Shown here piece after piece: positions 24,114 to 35,046 of a stretch of 64,000 nucleotides of DNA. The notes under the pieces were generated by a model that was given only the letters and a program-made list of their open reading frames with translations, did not search any database and was not told the DNA's origin. The stretch comes from Marsupella aquatica (taxonomy: Eukaryota > Plantae > Marchantiophyta), in the NCBI GenBank assembly GCA_973895155.1, contig OZ316898.1, forward strand, positions 17,970,752-18,034,751. The letters are read 5' to 3'. The translations under genes were made by a program, and so were the position numbers. Within the stretch, counting starts at the first letter, position 1; the number at the start of each line of letters is the position of its first letter.

Positions 24114-27100
24114 TCACCGCACAGTAGTAAGTTAATGCAAACTCCATTTGAGTTATGGTATAAGAGACCTGCTGATTACTCTAGACTTTGAGTTTTTGGT
24201 TGTGCTGCCTATGTTCACATTGAGCAGACACACAGGTCTAAGTTGGATCCCAAGTCTAAGAAATGTATTTTTCTAGGCTTTAGTCCTGGGCAAAAGGCTA
24301 TAAATTGTGGGATTCTGTCGATTGCAAGGCAGTTGTGAGTAGAAATGTTGTTTTTGACAAAGAATGGTTGTCAAGACCCTGGGATATTCAGGAGGAACAG
24401 GTGGAGGAACCCACTACGATGGAGCTTGGTGGTGATGAGGAAGCTGCTGGTCCCTCTGGTAGAGGTGCAGTTCCTCAACCAAGGCGCTTCACCAAGGCCA
24501 ATTTTGGCCAACCCCCTGATAGATTTGGTTTTTCAGATCCTCGTATGCACGTTGTTGAGCATGACGATGATCCCGGTGTTGTTTTGCTCACTGAAGATGG
24601 AGACCCCTCTAGCTATGAAGAAGCTATGGCCTCTCCAGAGAAGGATATTAAGTGGATGGAGGCGATGTTGAAGAAGATGAATTCTTTGAAGAAGAATTCA
24701 ACTTGGCGCTTAACTAACATGCCTCGCGGGAAGACATTGGTTCTGTGTAGATGGTTGTACAAGAAGAAGCAGGATGGCACTTATAAGGCACGCCTTGTGG
24801 CCAAAGGGTACACCCAAAAGGAGGGCTTGGACTACACATAGATTTTCTCACCAGTTGTCAAACTCGCCACTATCCGTGTTTTACTTGCGATTGTGGCATT
24901 CTATGATCTTGAGTTAGATCAGATGGATGTAATTACTGCTTTCCTGCATGGATTGCTTGATGTAGAGATTTATATGACTCAGCCTCCAGGATTTATAGAT
25001 GAGAACACAAGACACTTGGTGTGTAAGCTCTTGCGGTCGTTATACGGATTGAAGCAGAGTCCCAGACAATGGAATAAGCATTTTGATTCCTTCATGTTAT
25101 CTCAAGGGTTCACGAGGAGTGAACATGATTGTTGTATTTACATGAAGGAGGTGCAGAATTGCTCACGCTTTTGGTTACATTGTGTTGGCACTATATGTGG
25201 ATGACATGCTAATCCTGGTTGAGAATAAGTCTGATGTTGCCCATCTGAAAGCAATGTTGAGTAAGGAGTTTTCAATGAAGGACTTGGGTCAGGCAAGAAG
25301 ATTCTAGGGATGGAGATTTATCGTGACAGGGAGCAGAGACAATTATGGTTGTCTCAAAGACAGTATTTGGAGAAGGTACTTGCCAAGTATGGAATGGAGA
25401 ATACAAAACCAGTTGGTACTCCATTGGCTTCCCACTTTAAACTCTCAAAGAATGATTGCCCTTCTAGTGAGAGTGATAGACTGATGATGAAATATGTTCC
25501 CTGTGATAGTGTTGTGGGTAGTTTGATGTATGCAATGACATGCACTAGACCTGACATTGCCCACGCTGTTAGCATTTTGAGCAGATTTATGGCAAATCCT
25601 GGTAAGCTTCACTGGGAAGCAGTGAAGTGGGTTTTGCAGTATCTGAAAGGTACCTTAGATTGTGGGATCTTATTTGACGGTAAAGCAAACTCTACATTAG
25701 AGTTGGAAGGTTTTGTAGATTCAGATTATGCTGGTAACTTGAATAACAGGAAGTCTACTACAGGCTATGTGTTTATGTTGGGTGGAGGTTGTATCAGCTG
25801 GAAGTCAGCAACTCAATCCTGTGTTGCGTTGTCTACTACTGAGGTTGAAAACATGGCTGCCTGTGAGGCAACCAAGGAGCTGATCTGGCTACGGAGATTG
25901 GTGAGTGATCTGGGTTTTTCACCTGAAAGACCGGTGTTGCTGTGTGACAGTCAAAGTGCTTTGCATATGGCTAAGAACCCTGTGTTCCATGCCAGGACAA
26001 AGCACATCATTGATATTCGTTATCACTTCATCCGTGAGGTGATTGAGACGAAACAGATGTTTCTGGAGAAAGTGGCTTCAGAGGAGAATGCAGCACACAT
26101 GCTTACCAAAGTTTTACCTACCAGTAGCTTTAGTCATTGTGTGAATATTATTAATGTTAGGGCCAAACCGGAGACTATGTAGATATGTTACTTAGTTACA
26201 TATTGTATATCACCTGACTCATTGTGTGAACGTACTGGAGTCAAGGTGGAGTTTGTTAGGAATTGACTCGAGTTCCCAACTTAGTTAGTTTGGCCTTACT
26301 AGGGTTAGTTAACCCTGGATTACATTAGGATAAGATCCGTTTAGTTTAGGCCCACACATCTTGGCCCCCTTGGGGGGTATAGGTTGGAGGGAGAGCTTTC
26401 TTTCCCTCATTCTTCACATGTACTTCTCATGAGCTATGGATCCTTCAGGAGTTTCTCCATTGTGGTGTCTTGTTGATGTAGTGTGAGATTGAGTGCTTTC
26501 ATGTTCCGCATTGTTGTCTAGTACATGAGCCGACGGTTTCTTACAAAATTTTGGTTACAAAGACCCTAATGTTCTTATAAGTCTCAAAATTGAATTTAAA
26601 ACACCCTATTGTTCTATTGCAAAAATTCTTAAGTCTTCCCTTCAAACCAATAAAATGTCCCTATTCTTTTTTGCACATGATGTGCCATTTTTGTGGAAGT
26701 GAAACCCACGAGACTTTGGATATCAAATAAATATGCAAACTGCTTTCGTGACAAAAAGCTTAGTGATGAAAAACCAGAACTTTCTGGTTTTTGCCCTTGG
26801 AACTTCAATTTTTTGCCATCAGACCCTGCACAGGTTTGGTATGTATGGCATGAGTTAGGTTCAGGGCTACATTCCTTTGGGCCCCTCCCATGCAAATTGG
26901 CTCTACTAATAAAGGGGGATTTCCTAATTTTCTGGGCCTCTAAATGATGGAAAAAAACCCGGGACAAAAATTAGCAGTCATTACCAAGCGAGCCAGTTGC
27001 TGGCATCTGAACTGGAAGGAGCCTGTCCAAGCAATGTAGATCATGTGTCAGCCTGGGGCTCAATGTATAAGGTTAAGGATGGAAAGTATACCTTTATGGG

Positions 27101-27718
27101 ATATATAGTAGACTGTATATGGTCAACCAGCGTATGCAGAGAGACTGTATATGGGAGACTATATATCACATAAAGGGTGAGTGACCAACCCGAGGTTGTG
27201 AAACATTGACAAAATGTACTTTGCCATGTTTGCTGAAAACATCCTGAACATCAAACATATTAGCCTAGCAGACCATATATTCATACCGTTAGTTTCTAAT
27301 GAGATACAATCCTTGAGAAACGTGCTGATGTGTCAGGGTATGAGTGAACCAGAACCTGAAATGAAGACCAGACGACCTTAACTAAGGATGTCGAGTGTTT
27401 CTTAATGAGGTGTTTAGTCGACCATATATGGTCAAAGTGTTATGCGGGGAGACCACATACAAGATGCAAAATATTGACATAAAGAAACAAGCAGACTCCC
27501 TTAGATACACATTAAGGGTGTTTGTGTAGTTCAACAATAATTTGTTGTTGTTAGCAATATTTGAGAGCAATATTTGAGAGCAGTAGCGCTGTAATCATTT
27601 ACCGGCTGTCACATACTGATCCTGAGCAGTCACGCTTTAATGCCTGTAATGTAAATTATCACCGGCTTCACATACTGATCATGTGATCCTGAGCAGTCAC
27701 GTTGTAATGTAGACCATA

Positions 27719-28170
27719 CTAGCCCCGACTACCCGTTCTTTGAACGTGAATAGCGGAGAGGACAATAAAATTATTATCAAAATATATTCTTTATTCATAT
27801 TCTTTGAAAGTTAATGAAATGATAAAAAAACTCATCATTTTAATAGTCATATATAATATACAATTCTCCTTTATGTACACATCAGTCTTTTTGTATGCAC
27901 ATCCATCTACTATGCACTATGTTGTGGTGGGGCCATAGTGCCATATTTTTTTTATGTAAATATTTAAAAATTATCATAAAATTTTTGCATATATCAGTCG
28001 ATATACATCATAGTCATGTCATCTATTTTTCCCATGCACATGATGGTCATCATAGTCATGTCACCAATTTTTCCATGCACATGATGATCATAGAGTTACC
28101 GTTTAGAGACTTCATTCTAGACCTAGGCTCTTAAAAGTAGACCAGACCAGTTTGCGCTTTTATAATAAGA
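27719..28170 (-). mobile_element. Non-autonomous Helitron (452 bp)
   Basis: On the minus strand the 5' end is A|TCTTATTATAAAAAG at 28170, the 3' hairpin is CGTTC-AAA-GAACG (27746-27734), and CTAG|T ends at 27719. Inserted between A and T with no TSD. Confidence 0.75.
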
Positions 28171-29749
28171 TATGTGTATGGTAATAATTAATTATCTTTA
28201 GTGTATATATGGATAATTAATGAGATACAATAAGTCAAAAGGTGATGTGGTGACTAAAACCCCCAAACCTGGAAAACCACAGAGACGGTTTTCTTCTTCT
28301 GCGTGAAAGTGGTCCGCTCTCAGTAGCCTTTCCCAAGGAGAATGCTGAATTGGCTCCTTCCTTGTTTTCATGATTTGTGAGTTCCACTGCGCTGCTCGCT
28401 GCCGTGGCCTGGCAGCCTCCAATTGTTTGCTTCATACTAGAGCACTTGAGAAGGTTAGTATCCGTCGAGCTTTCATATATCTGGATCTAGATGTTATCAG
28501 TGAAGACTGCTGACAGACCTGTTGCTCCTTATTAGTGAGGTATTGAGAGGTTTGTATTGTAGAGTGTTGTTAATCGAACGTAAGTTTTGGATCCGTATTG
28601 AGGAGACATTGTACCAAGACCATCGATAACCCTTTCTAGGTAAAACTTTATTGTCTGCAGGCACAATCGCAGAAGAGTATTGGACGCATAAATTCAGCGA
28701 AGCACGTGAATTGTTAGTAACGATGCAGAATTCGGTCAGAGCAGTCAGTCGCTTGATTTAGCTGCAATTCGCGAAAGGAAACAGGGGACTGTGTGCCTTT
28801 CGCGACTAGTATGGTCTACATTATAACAGGGGAACCCTCTCATTTCCAAATACTTCTCTAAAAGCACCTGTCAAGTGTCTGTAGTAAGTTCGAATTCAGA
28901 CTGGCGGAAGACTCAACAGACAAAATTTCTAACTGATGCTCCTCTCCCTCTAGACCTCCATCGCATGTATACTGCTCTGGACTTCATTTATGTGACGTTG
29001 GTTGAGAACGAAACAGTGTTGACCTTGCAGCTGAGAAAACAGCTTTTTAGAAAAGTGGTTTCAAAAAAGGCGCATCAGAAGTGTCAAAAGTGTTGGTTTC
29101 AAAAAGTGGCCCTTGGAGGAAAAGTGCGCTATCAGAAGTAAGAACCCACTTTGGACTTGGCAGAGTCAACACCGTTGGGTCAATCCTACTCTGGAAAACA
29201 GGATCACTTCACTTTCACAAATTCTCAATAATGTACAGTTCGGCCTTTTACAGGACATTGTGTGCCATAATGTCCCTAAAAAGAAAGATTGAGCTCGACT
29301 TGAGGGGCTATAATTCCCCATAAGGCAGTGGTCAACAATTGTATTTCTGCCAATCTAGTCCAAGGTGGTTCCTGACATCCTATTCCTAGTTTCAACAAAA
29401 GAAATGGATTTAATCGGAATGACCTGAGTATTACGGGTCTTTGCAAATCTGCCAAATCGCTTGAGAACGCGTGAGGCTCCACCATTTCACGGGGGTGCAA
29501 AATGAGTTTGCAATAAAAGATCAGCTGCTGTCCACAAAGGACAAAAAGTATGTAATTATGTCAGCAACGAACGACTTCAATGTTTTGGAAGCAAGGAATG
29601 CAGGAGGCTGTCACCCTGGGAATCTATCCACCCGAGTTGACTGAAGAATTAGAGATCTCGTTAGATTGGAACAAGGTCGAGGAGACAGCACTGGGATCGG
29701 ATGGGTTTGAAATGCCAATCCACCACCTACATGCGCAACTGCCAAGAAG

Positions 29750-30569
29750 ATGGAAAGATTGTCGTCTGTTAACAGGAAGCAGCACAATATGGATCAGAAG
29801 CTGGATAAGATCATGAACAACCAGGATAACATCTACAAGCAGGTGAAGAATGTTGAAAGGATGCTTGGGGAGAGATTTGCTGAAGTTCTAAAGGAGCAAA
29901 AAAGGTTGTTTCGAAAGCTTCAAGACACACAGAGATTTCTGAAAGAAGACAAGGACAGAACCTGCCCAAACATCGTCTATTTGGGGAAAAGAGATTCTGG
30001 GCTAAGGGCTACTATACACTAAAGGAGACATTCTTACTAATTGTTAATGTTCGTTTGCAATTTCAATGTAAGGCCATGTACAATGCATCAAGTCAAGGAT
30101 CAGCTGGGCCTCGTTGTCTCCGACCTAGAGAGCACTGAAAACACTTGTCCCGTGGCTCAAAGTATCGCTAAACAGTTCTCGTAATCTCTGCAAAAATTGC
30201 AAAGCATGTCGTAGCCCCTGGGACGGGTTTGCTACTGCCGACTTCCAGCAACTGCAGAAAGGAAAATCACTCTTAGATGGAATCTTCTGTGTCACAGAGG
30301 ACTCAATGGCAGAATTGGATAAGCTGGTGACTGAGGCCGTGGGACTTGATCCTACTGGTCCCCCGTTGAACCCTAGAGATGTGTATGGAGAGAGTAGAGC
30401 AGCCATTACGAGTTTGGTAGGAACACTAACAGCAGAGGCCTACGAGGAGAACTTAGGACTTAGAAAGTTGTGTTTGGCACACAACGATGGTTCTCTCCAG
30501 GGTGTTGTTTGCATCTGCACAGACTCTTATCAGAAGTTCAGGAAGTCTAATCTGGTTAATGACATGTAA
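29750..30569 (+). pseudogene. TORNADO1-like (plant ROCO) C-terminal fragment, frameshifted
   Basis: Pieces across frames: coiled coil, RTCPNIVYL, VRLQFQC, MHQVKDQLGL, LVPWLKVSL, KIAKHVVAPGTGLLLP, ENLGLRKL...VCIC. They are collinear with the TRN1 C-terminus as I recall it (VPNMVYF..LRIHMLCE..MHVVEDQLG..LAPYM..GMGHMIPD..FGLWRV..WIC). Confidence 0.65.
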
Positions 30570-31360
30570 ACACTAGTCGAACTTGAGCGATTCCACAACT
30601 GCTGCCTGCCTGCCAATGTTGTAGCAGTGCTTTGGTACAAGAGGTAAAAAAGTCTCTCCAAACAGATGAATTCGGGCCAGAATTGGTACATTAATCTACC
30701 GTTGGAAGCCAACTCATGGATTAATTGCTGTCACCAGGGTCTGGAAATGGTGGGCTTCTTGGTCGTATTAGGCAGGCATAGGATGTGACTTATTAATTTG
30801 TGTCCAGCGCTAATCTGCCTGGCCTTCTCAAGGCCAGTCGTTCTGGGATAATCTTCTGAGAGAGTGTCTTATCAATACTAATCTCTCCTGATTTATCAAT
30901 ACAATAAAAATTTCTAAATTACAGTCCGTGGCGATGGTTATTTCTACGAATTTTAGTAAAACTCGTGAGAAGCGTCCCACTGCCCCGATCCAAATCTGTA
31001 GTGTGCCCTTCTTCTCTCCAGAGCACCAAAACTCGACCCAAATCTTCAGTGTGCCTTTTTCTCTACAAAGCACAAAAAATTACAAAGAGTAAAAGTATAT
31101 AAGTATTCTTTCCAGGCACGAATGGCGCGCAACCTTACTACTCTCTTGCTAGCGATGTTACGATTTGGGTAGGGCTTCCCCTTATGGAAAGAATATCGTG
31201 AGAGCCGATCCCAACTTACGAGATGAACTTGAATAAATACTACGTACAACTATAGTTGATTTAGATGCAAACGGAAGCAAATTGTGTTTACTTTATCGAC
31301 GAACAGAGAGCCTAATTATAAAAACTATATATACCATACTTTGAAGGCCGATGGAGAGGA

Positions 31361-31433
31361 GCCGTCTTAGCTCAGCTGGTAGAGCGCGTGGCTTTTAACC
31401 ACGTGGTCGTGGGTTCGATTCCCACAGACGGCG
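31361..31433 (+). tRNA. tRNA-Lys (anticodon TTT)
   Basis: GCCGTCT/AGACGGC acceptor stem, D-arm GCTC-AGCTGGTA-GAGC, anticodon arm CGTGG-CTTTTAA-CCACG, T-loop GGTTCGATTCC, T-run terminator just downstream and TATATATA about 35 bp upstream. Confidence 0.98.
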
Positions 31434-31609
31434 TCTTTTGGAGCAATCAGTCTCCGCACTATCCGTAACATGTGTCTTTCATTCGAATCTGCTTTTTTGG
31501 AACCGTTCTTGGTCTTCACGCTTTCGCACCCTTTTTCAGTTCCCAAAACTTGTCAACAGCAAAGTCTGACCTCCAATTTCTCCTCCCTTGATGTCACGCT
31601 AGTGGGCTC

Positions 31610-31981
31610 TCTCTCTCGCCAGTCTAATCTAGTAACCATGAAGAAAGTGAGTTATGAATTCTGAAGATTATTTCTTCAAAAATTACACTCTCTCTAGCCA
31701 GTCTAATCTAGCCATGAAGAAGTGAGTTAGGAATTCAGGAGATTATTTCTTCAAAAATTACAAAAAATTACAAAAAAATATATATGAGAAAACTACACAC
31801 CTCACTCGGAGTTATTTATTGGAACAAATTTCTTTTGTGTAGTTATGCTTTCAACCCAGCAGACTAAGTTTGAAGCCCAGATGGACCCTCTATGTTTATC
31901 ACAATTCTTTTGTGTCGTTATGCTTTCAACCCAGCAGACTAAGATTGAAGCCCAGATGGACCCTCTATGTTTATCACAATA
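31610..31981. repeat. Two adjacent tandem duplications, units about 75-77 bp
   Basis: CCAGTCTAATCTAG..CATGAAGAA..TTATTTCTTCAAAAATTAC twice; TTATGCTTTCAACCCAGCAGACTAAG..GTTTATCACAAT twice (period 75). Confidence 0.85.
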
Positions 31982-33577
31982 CTCAGATAGACTTTTTCAA
32001 CATGGATGAAGCAGCAAATCCCTTTTTTCTGCTCAAACATTTAGAGTAGACATGTGTAACACACACATCAAGGAGTGAATGTGGCAAGAAAACTAGAGTT
32101 CACCACACCAAAGTTTTAGCCAATAGTTGAAAATTAGCCTACCTTGCTGTTCATCCAACATTGTACGCATTGGAACCCTTGTCATCTCGTGATTCTTATG
32201 ACAATCTGTGACACCAACTGCACTCCTCACCATCACCCACACACCAACCCTGGAAATGTTTAAACTCGTCTAAATTGGGTCTTATTTGCTGGTTCTGACC
32301 ATAATTGTGCCAAAGTTTGTTTGGTGTAAGTACAAGATTTACACTCAGAAGGAAGATCACCTCAGCATAGATGGAAGTAGGGCAGAAGCATGGGAGCCAG
32401 GGGAGTATTTGTTTGGCAGATTCACAAATTGGTGGAAAGCATTTTGATGTTATTCGACCAATTGCCCTGCGGATTGCATTCTCTAATGACATTGAATTTT
32501 GTCATGATTGGTAAGGCTAAAAAAGCCTATGCTACTATTTTTTACCACTTTTGGTTATGTAGAAGCAGGCAACAGAGGGTGACATTGAGTCCCACACGGA
32601 CGGTGACATGGATAGTAGGAGCAATCAGGATGAGAAGAGCAAGAGTCTTGTCGGGCCCAGTAGTGCAGCCGCCTAGGAGGAGGGGAATGAGGAGGAGGGC
32701 CCAAAGGAGGAGGAGATCAGGTGTCCCCCCCCCCCATTAAGTCACAAGGGCAAGGGGAAAAGGGCAAGGAGAAGGAAAAAAGAGTCAAGGAGGGGAAGGA
32801 AGTCTCCTTTCTAGAGATGTAGGACCAGTTTTAGGGAATCAGGTGGCAGATTTTAGGGGTGTAAGCAGGATTTTTGGTAGGGTTTACATCTTGACCCTCT
32901 CCAAGCATTTGACATGTCGCTTTATCTTAAGAACCTTTAGATTTTGTAAGTTTTGTACATTAATTTTATTAATGAGGAGTTGTGTTCCGGCATCTTGGCA
33001 TTAGACTCTACATGGACTCCCCCCCCCCCCCGCACTCTGCACCTCAGCCTAAACCCTAAACATACATTTAAACCCATTACTTCAATGAATGTAACATTTG
33101 CAAAGCTTTGCGAGGCATCCTCCATAATATTGCAACTTGTGAAGCCAAAATGTTCTCAACGTTACCAATCAATTCCATTTTGCACAAAATGCAATACACA
33201 TATGTATACCTCATCAAAACAGGAGCGGAAACAGGAGATACCAACTGCATTGCAAATAGCATATTTTCTCAAAAATATATTGCAGGTAGTCACTTGCTTG
33301 CAATATTGCAAAGTGCATGCCAATGGAAACTGTGCAACTACATTTTTCTTGCAAACTTAGCGATTGTTTCATTGCCATGTTGTCCATGGTTGCAAACTCA
33401 TAGTTTTCAAGTAAAAGAGCGTCACACAGCCCTGCATTGGTTTTGTGAGAATTAAAGCATCTAAATTTGCAAGAGTTTCCAGGAAACGCGAGTAGGTTTG
33501 CAATGGCCAAGTTTCTTTCTTTCCTTTGTTGTTTGCAAACTCCCCATTTTCTTTTTATTTAATTCCTTTATGTTAAC

Positions 33578-33608
<31 letters not shown>
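33578..33608. repeat. (CA)n microsatellite
   Basis: About 15 CA units. Confidence 0.95.
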
Positions 33609-33611
<3 letters not shown>

Positions 33612-34035
33612 TCTGCCCCTTGGTCTTCTCCACTTACCATCCATCCCACCTAGCCTCCATCATGATGAACCAACTGGTACACTCATTTCCTTTGTTACAT
33701 TCCACTCCTTTTTTTCAGAATTAATTTTCCTCATCAAAAAAAGCTCTTTATTGTTGTTGTTGTCCTGATACACTCCATCCTCCTTGCATCACACAAACAT
33801 TCACCAGCTTTAGTAGGGCTTGTTTTCCTTTCTCTTCAAAATTTCTCCCCTGATCCAAACATCCCACATTGTACGTGTGCACACACCTCCGTACTTAATA
33901 AAAGTTGTTTTTTTCTTCCCTCTTTTCCCTTTGATCAGTTACTTAATCCCTATACCCCCTTGTTTCTCTGCGCAGTTACTAGGGCGCTTTAATTCATGAG
34001 CTTAGTTTGAGTTTTTGATTGCATCCGAGGAGCTA

Positions 34036-34296
34036 GTGGCAGGGCAGGTTTCTCATGACCTGAAGTGGGTTTTTTGGAGTCAACAGTTTTGGTTTATGCA
34101 CACAAGATATCTCCTTGGAATATATTTTTTGTTTTATAAATAAACAAGCCACGAAAACCCCGTGGCAGGGCGGGTTTCTCATGACCTGAAGTGGGTTTTT
34201 TGGAGTCAACAGTTTTGGTTTATGCACACAAGATATCTCCTTGGAATATATTTTTCGTTTTATAAATAAACAAGCCTCGAAAACCCCGTGGCAGGG
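34036..34296. repeat. Near-identical tandem duplication, period 126 bp
   Basis: GTGGCAGGG recurs at 34036, 34162 and 34288 with almost identical sequence between. Confidence 0.92.
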
Positions 34297-34737
34297 GGAA
34301 GCAAGCAGAACATGTCAAGTACAGCAGCGGAACATCAGTCCACAGGGGCAAGACACCGGAAGAACCAAAAATAGTCCATCAACCCAATGTCAATATCGGG
34401 TGACCGATGTCACCCACCCATCACGTCGGCTGAGCCATACCACTCTCTCTATGTTTAGCTGTTCGCGTGCACGAAGTAATCTACTGTGTCTTCTGTTTCG
34501 GGGCAAACCATGTCCGACAGCAGCAACATGGTCCGAGGCCTCCGAAAGCAGAAACCTAAAGTCAAATCTATGCGTACCCGCTACTTGAAACATATGCTCA
34601 TTCCTACCAGTCCATAGCATCCATAGCATCTGATACATCGATCAAAGTTGACCAACATTGTTTGTAGAGGGTGACTAATGATGTTGTCATCAAAAACATT
34701 GATTATTGACCTCCCACTTTCTTTGACTGATGTTGGC

Positions 34738-35046
34738 CTTAGGGGCCTTGAGCAATCTAATGGGTGTCCCATATCACATGTGAAGTTTTGTGGGAATAAA
34801 CACCCTAAAACTTAAGTCAATAAAAAAAATTTGAGGAATTTTTTACCCCTAATTGAATGGAATATTCTTGGAATATTCTCAAATTTGGTTTTAAAAAACC
34901 CTACAATTCTTATAATTCTCAAAACTGGATTAAAACAACCCTAATGTTTTTCAACAAAAATTTAGAAGTCTTTCACTAAACACAACAAAAAACCCTATAC
35001 TTATTTGCGCACGATGGGTTGGAAGAAAAGAAGTGAGGACCCCAAG
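34738..35046. mobile_element. MITE of the CT(C/T)..GGG-TIR family
   Basis: Ends CTTAGGGGCC / GGACCCCAAG; 8-bp TSD ATGTTGGC on both sides; internal similarity to 46680-46965. Confidence 0.8.

Larger units (their letters stand above)
17544..26182 (+). pseudogene. copia gag-pol (gag, CCHC, protease, integrase, RT, RNase H), interrupted at 19506-24113
   Basis: KFEVEKFDG, CWHCHEKGHTKWNC, WMLDLGSSYH, LWHARLGH, YVHSDVWGP, KARLVAKG, LYGLKQSPRQW, YVDDM at about 25195, DSDYAG, HARTKHI. Several stops and frameshifts. Confidence 0.95.
16052..26545 (+). mobile_element. Full-length Ty1/copia LTR retrotransposon (Tork/Tnt1-like), inactivated
   Basis: 292-bp TG...CA LTRs at 16052-16343 and 26254-26545 (about 11 mismatches), TSD AAATT, PBS TGGTATCAGAGC at 16346-16357 (tRNA-iMet), PPT CAAGGTGGAG before the 3' LTR. 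Confidence 0.97.
15930..26712. mobile_element. ~280-bp MITE (MULE/hAT-like) split by the copia insertion; halves at 15930-16051 and 26546-26712
   Basis: TIRs CTCCAGGGTTTCACT / AGTGAAACCCACGAG; perfect 9-bp TSD ACTTTGGAT (15921-15929, 26713-26721). The rejoined halves match the intact copy at 46680-46965. Confidence 0.85.

Noticed and set aside
32000-32500. Possible hAT dimerisation-domain remnant (GKHFDVIRPIALRI)
   Set aside because: Only a weak motif with many stops and no identifiable TIR or TSD.
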